From the NCBI GenBank assembly GCA_013112575.1, contig JABFGG010000003.1, positions 83,096 to 147,095 on the forward strand: DNA of 64,000 nt. The letters are read 5' to 3'. A model generated the notes under the pieces. The model did no database searches, was not told the origin of the DNA, and worked only from the letters and a program-made list of their open reading frames with translations. Shown here piece after piece: positions 39,978-48,781 of the stretch; within the stretch, counting starts at the first letter, position 1, and each line of letters begins with the position of its first letter. Position numbers and translations under genes: made by a program. The stretch comes from Chloroflexota bacterium (GTDB lineage Bacteria > Chloroflexota > Anaerolineae > Anaerolineales > UBA11579).

Positions 39978-41024
39978 TCATGGATGACAAGGGGAATCAA
40001 CCGGCCAGTATGCCGGAAATGCTGTTGGTTTTATTGTAGAGATGAACTCCCTGGCTGAGATGTCAAAGTTCAAAATATCGCAAGTCCAACCTGGATACTC
40101 GACAAGCTGGATAATCTCTTCTTGCGACCAACTCCTGGGTATATAGCCCCGATCTCCCATATCTAACAGTTCAGTTTGAACGCCGGTGGTCAAATCAACA
40201 TGCATCAGAAGATAACGTACCTGTGTAGGATAATTCTGGGTTACTTCAACCGTTTCATCAACGGCTCCCACGAAAATTATCGAGTTCATCTCAGGCGACC
40301 AGGCCATATAGCCTATACTAAAAAACCGTTCTCCCAATGGGAATACCTGCTGAACCTCTGATTCAACTTCCTGGATGATCAGCTCAAATGGTTTCTCAAA
40401 AACTTCGATATGTGCAATTTTTTTTGCATCTGGTGAAATCTGGATCTCTCTAAAGATAAACTTTTCATTTCCTCCATCGGTAATGGTGCGGCCAGGTAAG
40501 TATTCTACTATTTCGCCAGAAAGAATATCCAATCGCCACAAGCCGGTGCTATTGTACATACTTACTACTCGAGGGATGGCACTAAAGGAAGGGACGCGTG
40601 TCAGATATAAGTATTGGCTGTCGGGTGACCAGTGGAAAAGTCCCCAATTCGTTCCGCCATAAAGAGTAGCTGCCTTCCCGCGCTCCATCTGCCAGATCGA
40701 TTGGCCACCAATATGATAGATCTCCAACCCAAGACTAAAGTCCACCACCCATTTTTCATTAGGGGCTGAAATAAGTCCAGCTCTGTCAAGTTGGGAAGTG
40801 ATCGGGCCCCAGGTAGGTAAGGCGGAAGGTACAGGAAGCAAATTGAATGGGTTATTCGTAGCTGTGGGTTGACGTACCAAAACCCCCGCTGTTGGTGGCA
40901 GCGTATCAATTGGAGTGGGAGTTTGTTCGGACTCTGGTGAAGCAGAGGGGGTCGGTAGACCTGGTTCAGCAGCGCAGGCTGCAAGGAGAAAAACAGAAAT
41001 CAAAAGTAGTTTGATTCCATCCAT
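39978..41024 (-). CDS. Hypothetical lipoprotein
   Basis: The ATG at 41024 gives MDGIKLLLISVFLLAAC (lipobox), then a Pro/Thr/Ser linker. The tracked start at 41249 overlaps the divergent gene. Confidence 0.75.
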   Translation of the reverse strand: MDGIKLLLISVFLLAACAAEPGLPTPSASPESEQTPTPIDTLPPTAGVLVRQPTATNNPFNLLPVPSALPTWGPITSQLDRAGLISAPNEKWVVDFSLGLEIYHIGGQSIWQMERGKAATLYGGTNWGLFHWSPDSQYLYLTRVPSFSAIPRVVSMYNSTGLWRLDILSGEIVEYLPGRTITDGGNEKFIFREIQISPDAKKIAHIEVFEKPFELIIQEVESEVQQVFPLGERFFSIGYMAWSPEMNSIIFVGAVDETVEVTQNYPTQVRYLLMHVDLTTGVQTELLDMGDRGYIPRSWSQEEIIQLVEYPGWTCDILNFDISAREFISTIKPTAFPAYWPVDSPCHP

Positions 41025-41166
41025 AGTAATTAGATTATTACACAAATTATTCGGAATTGAGCAGGTCGGTTTCGATTCAGTCTTCTCATAGACCACTAAA
41101 GTAAGAAGTCGGACACATGCAAGCATCCTTACTCCATTATGACTACGAGTCACGAAGGAGTGTGGA

Positions 41167-42468
41167 ATGTTGAAATCGCAAAGCCGATTAAGGCTGTACC
41201 CGTTGCTTGCCATTGCTGCATTAGTGTTAGCGGCGTGTGGGGGATCCAATATAGAGCAGTCAGTGAATGAAGATGCACAGCCAGTTGCTGAAGAACCTCA
41301 AGAAGAAGCTGCCCCTCAGGAAAGTGAACCACTGGAAGATCCAACAGAAGTATCAGAAGAAAGTAGTTCTGCTGTGCCTGTAAATGCAGAGAGTCTCGTT
41401 GAAAACCCGGGTGAACCACCGCGCGGCGCAGAATCTGAATTCGCCACCGACTTCACCCTAAGCACGGTACAGTTCAGCGACATCCTATCCGGAGGTCCAC
41501 CGAAAGACGGTATACCCGCAGTGGATAAGCCCCAGTACATTTCGGTGAGCGAAGCAGATGAGTGGCTTGATGATGTCGAACCCATCGCCGTGGTTGAAGT
41601 TAACGGTGAAGCACGCGCCTTCCCTATCCAGGTCCTGATGTGGCACGAGATTGCCAATGCCGAGGTGGGAGGCCAAGCTGTTTCAGTAACCTTCTGCCCG
41701 CTCTGTAATACGGCTATCGCATTCAATCGCGAATTGGACGGCCTAGTTATGGACTTTGGCACCTCAGGACGGTTGCGCTTCAGCAACCTGATCATGTATG
41801 ACCGTCAGACCGAAACCTGGTGGCAACAGGCCACTGGCGAGGCTATTGTCGGTGAACAGGTGGGCAAGCAGTTGGAATTCTTGCCAATGGCGATGATCTC
41901 CTGGCTGGATTTCAAGGAGAATTACGCGGACAGCCTGGTGCTGTCACGCGATACAGGACATAGCCGTAACTATGGTTCCAATCCGTATGCCGGCTATGAT
42001 GACATCAACAGAAGTCCTTTCTTATTCATTGGTCCTGAAACACCTGGTGAACTCCCCGCTATGGCAAGGGTACTGACAGTTGAACTTGGTGAAGAGACCA
42101 TCGCCTATCCCTATTCAGTCATGGCTGAGGTTGGCGTGGTCAACGACTCAGTCGATGGTACGGAATTAGCTGTGTTCTGGCAGCCGGGTGTGGCATCGGC
42201 ATTGGATGCAGCCACTATCTCTTCCGGTGAGGACGTAGGCGCAGTAGAAGTATTCTCACGCGAATTGAATGGCGAGACCCTCAGCTTCAGCTTTGAAAAT
42301 GGTGTGATCGTAGATGAGCAGACCGGCAGTGAATGGGATGTTCTAGGCAGAGCTATTAGCGGCGAACTGGCCGGAGAACAATTGGAGAAATTAGTAGGCA
42401 TCAACCACTTCTGGTTCTCCTGGGCAGCGTTCAAACCGGAGACAAAAGTGTATTCACCGGAAGCGTAG
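41167..42468 (+). CDS. DUF3179-type lipoprotein
   Basis: Lipobox LVLAAC and an acidic linker. Conserved DGIPA...FCPLCNT pattern as I recall it for DUF3179. Confidence 0.8.
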   Translation: MLKSQSRLRLYPLLAIAALVLAACGGSNIEQSVNEDAQPVAEEPQEEAAPQESEPLEDPTEVSEESSSAVPVNAESLVENPGEPPRGAESEFATDFTLSTVQFSDILSGGPPKDGIPAVDKPQYISVSEADEWLDDVEPIAVVEVNGEARAFPIQVLMWHEIANAEVGGQAVSVTFCPLCNTAIAFNRELDGLVMDFGTSGRLRFSNLIMYDRQTETWWQQATGEAIVGEQVGKQLEFLPMAMISWLDFKENYADSLVLSRDTGHSRNYGSNPYAGYDDINRSPFLFIGPETPGELPAMARVLTVELGEETIAYPYSVMAEVGVVNDSVDGTELAVFWQPGVASALDAATISSGEDVGAVEVFSRELNGETLSFSFENGVIVDEQTGSEWDVLGRAISGELAGEQLEKLVGINHFWFSWAAFKPETKVYSPEA

Positions 42469-42487
42469 AATAATATTGGATTACATT

Positions 42488-42520
42488 AAGAGGCGGTCAA
42501 AAGGCCGCCTCTTAATATTT
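42488..42520 (+). terminator. Terminator hairpin, AGAGGCGG type, copy 1
   Basis: AAGAGGCGG (42488-42496) pairs with CCGCCTCTT (42505-42513). Confidence 0.55.
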
Positions 42521-42610
42521 AACGGCCCTGAGATGAATATATACTCTGTATAGAACTTTGTACCTTTAGGGATTGCTAAAATGTAATGTTAAAACATAAA
42601 TGATCTTGTA

Positions 42611-42616
42611 TATAAT
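42611..42616 (+). promoter_or_regulatory. Candidate -10 box for paralog A
   Basis: TATAAT lies 91 nt upstream of the ATG. An equivalent TATAAT lies 90 nt upstream of paralog B. No clear -35. Confidence 0.3.
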
Positions 42617-42637
42617 AGTTAGGCATTTTTCGTCCAA

Positions 42638-42666
42638 AAATGTGATTTTGGTAGGGTAAACACATT
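42638..42666 (+). promoter_or_regulatory. Inverted repeat in the 5' region of paralog A
   Basis: AAATGTGAT ... ACACATT. This is a degenerate version of the perfect repeat upstream of paralog B. Confidence 0.35.
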
Positions 42667-42701
42667 CTATATTCAGTTTTTGCTGATTGAGGAGGTAAAA
42701 A

Positions 42702-43520
42702 ATGAATGCAAAAAAAAGCTCCCACCGATATTATCTATGGTTGACAATGGCACTAATCATGGTGATTGGAGTGGGCTGCACCCCCGCCACGCCAGAACCG
42801 ACCAACACCCCCGTACCCACAGCTATTCCAGAACCAGAGCAAACTGCAACTAGTACTCTGGAGCCAACTGCAACCCAGGTTCCAACTGAAACCCCTGACC
42901 TTGCTGCCACAGAGGCTGCACAAGCCGCCGAAGCAGCTGCTGCGCTCGTTGATGAGACCATAGCACCAGTACTTGAAGACGTGGGCATTTCTACTGATCG
43001 TGGATATCTTGCCTGGGTGCTTGATGAGCCTATCCGGCTAACTGAAAGAAGTTATCAAACGGAATTCTATCAGTCAATTGCCGATGAGGAAGAGTATGGT
43101 GATTTCGTGCTCTACGCACAAGTTCTCTGGGATTCAACAGGGGGCGAGGCCTATTGCGGTATCAAATTCCGCTCTGATAGAGACTTGTTTGATGGCGATC
43201 GCTACGAATTTTTCGTGACCCGTTTTTCGGGTTTACCTTGGTGGGATTTCGCGTTATTCAGAGATGGTTACATCGAATCTTTCCTGACAGGATCCAGTTA
43301 TCAATACAGCAGTGATATTAACCAGGATCGCAATAGCGTGAATGAATATGTTCTTGTCGTGGATGAAACAGTTGCCACAGCCTACGTCAATGGCAAACGC
43401 CTGGGGACCGTGACTGTTTCTAATTTGAGAAACGGCGAACTGGGTGTACTCACCTACCAGGACTCTGGTGAAACTACTTGTGAGTTTCAAGAAATGTGGC
43501 TCTGGTCTCTTGATGAGTAG
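42702..43520 (+). CDS. Lipoprotein with Pro/Thr linker, tandem paralog A (272 aa)
   Basis: Lipobox VIGVGC and a TPEPT-type linker. The C-terminal half is shared with paralog B up to an identical end, CEFQEMWLWSLDE. Confidence 0.85.
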   Translation: MNAKKSSHRYYLWLTMALIMVIGVGCTPATPEPTNTPVPTAIPEPEQTATSTLEPTATQVPTETPDLAATEAAQAAEAAAALVDETIAPVLEDVGISTDRGYLAWVLDEPIRLTERSYQTEFYQSIADEEEYGDFVLYAQVLWDSTGGEAYCGIKFRSDRDLFDGDRYEFFVTRFSGLPWWDFALFRDGYIESFLTGSSYQYSSDINQDRNSVNEYVLVVDETVATAYVNGKRLGTVTVSNLRNGELGVLTYQDSGETTCEFQEMWLWSLDE

Positions 43521-43556
43521 ATTTAGGGTCTGATATCTTTATCATCAAAGAATACG

Positions 43557-43584
43557 AGAGGCGGCCAAACGGTCGCCTCTTTTC
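43557..43584 (+). terminator. Terminator hairpin, AGAGGCGG type, copy 2
   Basis: AGAGGCGGCC-aaac-GGTCGCCTCT then TTTT. Preceded by AATACGAG, as in copy 3. Confidence 0.65.
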
Positions 43585-43668
43585 TGTACAATGATTGAAC
43601 AAGGAAACATCAAACAATAATTTACTGTAGTTTGCTTTAGTGAAAGGCTGAACAATAGGAGGATTGTG

Positions 43669-43674
43669 TATAAT
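43669..43674 (+). promoter_or_regulatory. Candidate -10 box for paralog B
   Basis: TATAAT lies 90 nt upstream of the ATG. Confidence 0.3.
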
Positions 43675-43694
43675 AATCAGGTATTTATAGTCCA

Positions 43695-43724
43695 AAATGT
43701 GATTATGGTTGGGCAATCACATTT
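43695..43724 (+). promoter_or_regulatory. Perfect 9-bp inverted repeat in the 5' region of paralog B
   Basis: AAATGTGAT (43695-43703), 12 nt, then ATCACATTT (43716-43724). Confidence 0.4.
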
Positions 43725-43758
43725 GATTTTCAGTTTTGCTTTTTGAGGAGGTAACAAC

Positions 43759-44577
43759 ATGAATGCAAAAAGACTTCCAAAACGGAATTTTCTCTGGCTA
43801 AGCATGGCATTGATCCTGTTCACGAATGGAGCATGCAACGTGCTATCCCCCCCAGAGCCAACTCCCACAGACACTCCAGTACCTTCAAATACTCCAGAGC
43901 CAACAGCAACGGACACACCTGAACCAACAGCAACCCCGGTTCCCACAGAAACCCCTGACCTTGCGGCAACCGAAGCTGCCCAGGAAACTGAGGCCGCGGT
44001 AGCTCTCATCGATGAGACCATAGTGCCGGTCCTTGAAGATGTGGGCATTTCTCCCGATCGCGGACAGCTGGCCTGGGTGTTGGATGAACCCATCCGACTG
44101 GTAGAAAGAGGCTTTAATGCAGAAAAATATGATTCAATCGCCGATGGTGAAGAGTATGGTGATTTTGTCTTGTATGCCAAAGTGGAGTGGGATTCGGAAG
44201 GTGCGCTGGCCTGGTGTGGTGTCAAATTCCGGTCTGACAGTGACCTGGAAGATGGTACTCGTTATGAGTTCTTTGTAACTCGTTTTTCCGGCCTGCCTTA
44301 TTGGGACATCGCATATCTCAAGGATGGAGCTTTTGTATCTTATTTAAACCCGAATCCCCAGACCAGCAGCAGTATTAATCAGGAGAGCAAGGGCATAAAT
44401 GAATACGTTTTCGTCGCTGATGGAACCATTGTTACAGCGTACGTGAACGGAAAGCGCCTGGGTACTGTAACTGCTTCGAACCTTAGCTCTGGAGAGTTGG
44501 GTGTGCTGACCTACCAACAATCTGGTGAGACCTATTGTGAATTCCAAGAAATGTGGCTGTGGTCGCTTGATGAGTAA
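43759..44577 (+). CDS. Lipoprotein with Pro/Thr linker, tandem paralog B (272 aa)
   Basis: Same length as A, and both start and stop are offset by exactly 1,057 nt. Signal ...FTNGAC. Confidence 0.85.
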   Translation: MNAKRLPKRNFLWLSMALILFTNGACNVLSPPEPTPTDTPVPSNTPEPTATDTPEPTATPVPTETPDLAATEAAQETEAAVALIDETIVPVLEDVGISPDRGQLAWVLDEPIRLVERGFNAEKYDSIADGEEYGDFVLYAKVEWDSEGALAWCGVKFRSDSDLEDGTRYEFFVTRFSGLPYWDIAYLKDGAFVSYLNPNPQTSSSINQESKGINEYVFVADGTIVTAYVNGKRLGTVTASNLSSGELGVLTYQQSGETYCEFQEMWLWSLDE

Positions 44578-44614
44578 CTTGCTCAAAATGAAGTGAAATT
44601 AGTTTATAAATACG

Positions 44615-44643
44615 AGAGGCGGTCAGACGACCGCCTCTTTTTT
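44615..44643 (+). terminator. Terminator hairpin, AGAGGCGG type, copy 3
   Basis: AGAGGCGGTC-agac-GACCGCCTCT followed by TTTTTT. Confidence 0.75.
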
Positions 44644-44689
44644 AGGGCTTTAGCGGGCTGAGGGCCGAAGGTCGTAAACAGAAAGCCAC

Positions 44690-44852
44690 CCGGATAGCGA
44701 GGGGAAAACACGAATTTATAGAAAGGGTTATCACTCCGTGAGAATGACAGAGTTCAAGCCGGTAAGATACGGAGTGATTTCCGTGGCAAACAGTCTAGTA
44801 CATACGAAGTGGATGTGTAAGTGTGTTCACGCCGAAATATCACAGAAAGATC
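44690..44852 (+). mobile_element. IS200/IS605-family left end with a 5' fragment of tnpA (truncated)
   Basis: A 10-bp stem ATCACTCCGT/ACGGAGTGAT (44730-44739 / 44769-44778) covers the GGAG SD. GTG at 44783, then ANSLVHTKWMCK and, after a small deletion, VFTPKYHRKII. Compare IS200 TnpA SLAHTRWNCKYHIVFAPKYRR. Confidence 0.6.
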
Positions 44853-45660
44853 ATCTGCCCTGAGCCTATTAGCTTGTACTGCTCTTTGTAAGACCCTCAT
44901 AGGTTGAGGTGTAGGTGAATCGGAAATAACTGTCTCTGCTACAGGTGGCCGGTAACTAAGAGCACTGTGAGGCCGGGGCGTGTTGTAGTGTTTTGTACTA
45001 CATCTCGATCAGTACTTGAGCCTCTTTGAGGGAATAGAAGATCCCCCAGCCAACAAGTCATTGCGCGGCGCGCCTAGCCAGCTAGTTACATACGCGTTTG
45101 GCTGTGAACTCGGAGCCATTGTCCGAACGAATATTCACCGGCATACCTAGTTGGCAGAAAAGATTGGTCAAGATATCCAAGACCTCCCGGTGGGTGAGAC
45201 GTCGCGCCACACATACTGCCAAGCACTAGCAAGTGTATTCATCAATGACATTGAGAATGTAAAAGGAAAGCCCGTTCTGGGTGCGGTTCTACATGAAATC
45301 ATAGGACCAGGCATGCTTAGGAAACTTTGGTCTCAACTTCATAATCGAGCCATCGTTTAGCCAGAGACGCCCCCGCTTAGGCTGTTTCTCGGGGACTTTC
45401 AGGCATTTCTAGCACCAAATGTGTTGTACTCTTTTGTGGTTGACCATCCAGCCTTCCTGATGGAGAAGTGCAGTCACTTGCCTATAGGCATAGCGGCCTT
45501 GCTGGCTGGTCAGAGCCAGGATAAGCTAGTGCAGTAGCTCTTCATCATCCCTTTGCCGTTTGACATAGAGTTGCATGCTGCGCTAGTGGCTAATCACCAG
45601 GCAGGCGCGTCGCTCAGAGATCGGCAAGGCTTCCCAAACCTGCCTTAAAGCCTTCCCACC
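44853..45660 (-). mobile_element. IS3-family transposase orfB remnant (pseudogene; orfA and the left end are missing)
   Basis: Minus-strand frame reads ...ISERRACLVISH*RS...GRYAYRQVTALLHQEGWMVNHKRVQ...KQPKRGRLWLNDGS...WSYDFM*NRT...LNVIDEYTC*CLAV...IRSDNGSEFTAK...IFYSLKEAQVLIE. It carries 9 internal stops and one internal deletion. Confidence 0.8.
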
Positions 45661-45930
45661 CAAAAGCTGGTCGTGGAAGGTATTTACCGCTACGTGCGCA
45701 ACCCAATGCACAGCGGCGTTTTTACGGTGCTGTATGGCGAGGGGCTGTTACTTGGTTCGCTGCCCATCATTTATTTCGTGACGGCGGTGTTCGTGCTGCA
45801 CTGGGTTTACATCCCATTTTCTGAGGAGCGGGGACTTGAGGCTCGTTTTGGTGAAGAGTATCTGGAATATAAACGCAACGTGCCGCGCTGGATACCGCAG
45901 TTAAAACCCTGGCAACCGCCAAAAGGCTAA
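45661..45930 (+). pseudogene. 5'-truncated isoprenylcysteine/phospholipid methyltransferase-family gene (C-terminal ~90 codons only)
   Basis: QKLVVEGIYRYVRNPMHSG... matches the conserved C-terminal core of ICMT/PEMT-type membrane methyltransferases. It abuts the IS3 remnant directly. Confidence 0.65.
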
Positions 45931-45943
45931 AGGTAAAAACAAG

Positions 45944-45971
45944 AAACTGCCTTCGATTTTGAAGGCAGTTT
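45944..45971 (+). terminator. Hairpin after the truncated methyltransferase
   Basis: AAACTGCCTTC-gatttt-GAAGGCAGTTT. Confidence 0.5.
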
Positions 45972-46194
45972 CGTCTAGAGGAGGAGGAGAAGAAGATTCC
46001 CAGAAGGAGATAGATCTGGGTTTGTTTTGTCACAAGTCAGATTTAATATCTGATCATCAACAGTATAGACTTTCGGGATCGAATCGGTAAGTGACACATA
46101 TCCCCTAAAACGGATTACATTTGTCCTATTCGTGTTTAGCATCGCCCAAGCGAATAATTTTCGATATGGATTGATCTTCAAAATAACCTATACT

Positions 46195-47031
46195 ATGAAC
46201 ACACATCAGTTTACGAGGGAATGTATGCAGCGATCACAGTATGGTGTTTTACTCATTCTGATTTTATTGCTAACGGCTTGTAGCCCCAACCCAACAGAAC
46301 CAGCAGCACCCCTTGCCCCAGCCTCCCAGGTCATCCTTGAACTGTGCAGCCCTGAAGATATTCAGGTACGTGTAGCGGAGTTGAACGAAGACCTCCAGGC
46401 TGCTAGCCTTCCGAATACGGATGAAGCCTTGCAGCAACTGGAGAGTATCCAGCTTCAGATCTCGGCTTTATACAACCAGTGCAATGTTCTCAAACTGACC
46501 GATGATGACAGTGCAGCCATCGAACTGTTGGAGAATTTGTGGGATGGTGGTTTGATCCTTTACATGCGTCACACGCACACAGACCGCAGCCGTGGGGACA
46601 CAGACCTTTCGCATTGTGATGGACAGCGTATCCTCAGTGAACAAGGGCGTGAGGAAGCCCTCATGGTCCGGCCATTTTTTGCACAGTTGCAAATCCCCGT
46701 AGATCGCTTGTACAGCACCGAATATTGCCGCGTGCGCGAAACAGCCGTACTGGCCTTTGGCACCCCGGATATCATCCCGCGTGCAGAGTTATTAGACATG
46801 ATGCCGGTGATCATGACCACACCGCCCGTCGAGGGCAAGAACATTATCATTGTGGCGCACATTGGCACGCTGGAGCGTAGTCTGGGCCTGCCTGATACCT
46901 TCGAAGAAGGTGACACCCTGGTCTATGAGCCGGATGGTGACGGCGGACACCAATATATTGGACGTATTGCCCTTTCCGACTGGGCTTATCTGGCACGGGT
47001 GGCGCAGGCCCTGCGTCTTGCTGAGCAATAA
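46195..47031 (+). CDS. Histidine-phosphatase-superfamily lipoprotein
   Basis: Signal LILILLLTAC. LILYMRHTHTDRS (RH motif) and IIVAHIGTLE (second His). The start could also be 46225. Confidence 0.7.
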   Translation: MNTHQFTRECMQRSQYGVLLILILLLTACSPNPTEPAAPLAPASQVILELCSPEDIQVRVAELNEDLQAASLPNTDEALQQLESIQLQISALYNQCNVLKLTDDDSAAIELLENLWDGGLILYMRHTHTDRSRGDTDLSHCDGQRILSEQGREEALMVRPFFAQLQIPVDRLYSTEYCRVRETAVLAFGTPDIIPRAELLDMMPVIMTTPPVEGKNIIIVAHIGTLERSLGLPDTFEEGDTLVYEPDGDGGHQYIGRIALSDWAYLARVAQALRLAEQ

Positions 47032-47044
47032 AGGCCCAACGAAA

Positions 47045-47479
47045 TTATGCCGTTGCCGGGCTGCTCTCAGAGCTCTGCTTGATGGCCAGCAAAGCTCCCA
47101 GATACGCGCCTAGAAGCTTGGTGGCATGGGCGATGATGGTAGGAATCCAGACGTCACTGAAATCGAAGAACAGCAAGAGCGGGAGATCGAGGGCTACGTA
47201 GATCAACCAGATCAACACAGCGGAGGCCATGACGCGCCTACCGGTCCTGCGGCCCATCCACCAGGCGAAGAAAAAGAAGATGGGGATGCCAGTAATGATG
47301 GAAACATATGAACTGGCCGTTTGGGCATAGGCCTGGTAAAAGGCCTCAGTCTGTCCGGGGTTGATCAAGAAACTATAGATAAAAACCCATATAAAAGCAG
47401 TGATGGGCAGGAGGATTTTGGTGATTACGCCAATGTTTATGATCCAGCCCCAGGGAAGCGCCTCTTTTTTGTTTGCCAT
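47045..47479 (-). CDS. Small 4-TM membrane protein, hypothetical
   Basis: 144 aa with four hydrophobic segments. No recognisable motif. Confidence 0.7.
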   Translation of the reverse strand: MANKKEALPWGWIINIGVITKILLPITAFIWVFIYSFLINPGQTEAFYQAYAQTASSYVSIITGIPIFFFFAWWMGRRTGRRVMASAVLIWLIYVALDLPLLLFFDFSDVWIPTIIAHATKLLGAYLGALLAIKQSSESSPATA

Positions 47480-47592
47480 GTAATAGCTCCATAGTGGTAT
47501 GTCGTAGGGTGTTTACTGCTGGTAGGATTTTAGGGCTTGTATCCATAAACGTCTTGACCTTTCTTGCGAACTTTTAGACTCGGAGGATTATT

Positions 47593-48675
47593 TTGAAAGA
47601 CAAACGCCTACTCAGTATCTTTACTTCATTGGTGGGACTGGGCCTGGCCTGCTCGGACGCGGTTCAGGTAACCCAGGTGGTGCAGGTGACGGAAGTGATC
47701 CCGGTTACCCAGATAGTTCCTGTGCCCGAAGGAGAGGTGCAGTCTTCGCCAGAGCTTGAAGTGGCTCCTGAGGATGGGCAACCTGGACTAACTGGCCCGC
47801 AAATCACGGGTTGCCCCTTGCTGCCTGCCAACAATATCTGGAATTCGCCAATCGATAATCTTCCTGTACACTCCAATTCGGAGGCCTATGTTGCCACCAT
47901 TGGAGCCAATGAACCTGTGCATCCCGATTTTGGGTCGGGTTTGTGGGAGGGCAGCCCCATTGGGATTCCCTACGTAGTTGTGGATGGGGAACAAGCTGGT
48001 GCGGAGGTGAGTTTTGATTATGCGGAGGAAAGCGACCCTGGCTTATATCCCATTCCGTCTGATGCGTTGATCGAGGGCGGCCCACAAAGCGACGGTGATC
48101 GCCATATCCTGATTGTTGATGAGGATAATTGTTTGTTATATGAACTCTTTTACGCTTTCCCTCAAGGTGAGGGGAGTTGGACGGCGGGTTCGGGGGCTAT
48201 ATTTGATCTGACTTCCAATGCCCTGCGGCCCGAAACCTGGACCTCAGCGGACGCAGCCGGGTTGCCTATCCTGCCGGGACTGATCCGTTATGAGGAGGTA
48301 TTGGCTGGAGAGATCAAACATGCTATTCGCTTTACAGCCGAAGAGACCCAACAGGCTTACGTCTGGCCGGCGCGCCATTTTGCTTCGGACTTGACGGATA
48401 GCCAGTATCCGCCGATGGGCTTGCGCATGCGTTTGCGCGGTGACTTTGATATATCCGGCTTTTCTCCTGAGGTGCAGGTGATCTTGCAGGCCATGAAGAC
48501 CTACGGCATCATCCTGGCCGACAACGGCTCGCCCTGGTTCATCAGTGGTGTGCCGGATGAACGCTGGGACAATGACGTGCTGCGTGAGTTGCGCCAGGTG
48601 CAGGGAAGCGACTTTGAAGCCGTGGATGTGAGCGCCCTGATGGTTGATTTTGATAGTGGAGAGGTAGGGCCATAG
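47593..48675 (+). CDS. Hypothetical secreted/lipoprotein
   Basis: TTG start, signal LVGLGLAC, a V/Q/T-rich repeat linker, then a ~300-aa globular region. Confidence 0.75.
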   Translation: MKDKRLLSIFTSLVGLGLACSDAVQVTQVVQVTEVIPVTQIVPVPEGEVQSSPELEVAPEDGQPGLTGPQITGCPLLPANNIWNSPIDNLPVHSNSEAYVATIGANEPVHPDFGSGLWEGSPIGIPYVVVDGEQAGAEVSFDYAEESDPGLYPIPSDALIEGGPQSDGDRHILIVDEDNCLLYELFYAFPQGEGSWTAGSGAIFDLTSNALRPETWTSADAAGLPILPGLIRYEEVLAGEIKHAIRFTAEETQQAYVWPARHFASDLTDSQYPPMGLRMRLRGDFDISGFSPEVQVILQAMKTYGIILADNGSPWFISGVPDERWDNDVLRELRQVQGSDFEAVDVSALMVDFDSGEVGP

Positions 48676-48781
48676 AGGAAAACGCGCTTATTTGTAACGA
48701 ATCTGTCCCTGATTCAACGTGCGGAGTGTCAGGCTTTCGCTCTATAATGCGGATACATTAACCAAACAGGCACTATATTTG

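Noticed and set aside
42790-42960. Pro/Thr-rich repetitive DNA (ACNCCNGAACC-type) in both lipoprotein paralogs, considered as a DNA-level repeat element
   Set aside because: The periodicity is in frame and encodes TPEPT-type linkers following a lipobox. It is a protein linker feature rather than a non-coding repeat.
42488-44643. Three regularly spaced copies of the AGAGGCGG hairpin considered as a CRISPR-like or REP array
   Set aside because: The spacing is about 1.06 kb and each copy follows a gene stop with a T-run. They are duplicated terminators of the tandem gene duplication, not repeat-spacer units.
44872-45660. In-frame TAG codons of the IS3 remnant considered as evidence for TAG reassignment in this organism
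   Set aside because: Host genes in the window terminate at TAG (prmA, ilvD, the mini-ORF). The remnant also has a TGA, an internal deletion and many Arg-to-Cys-type changes, which is consistent with ordinary pseudogene decay.
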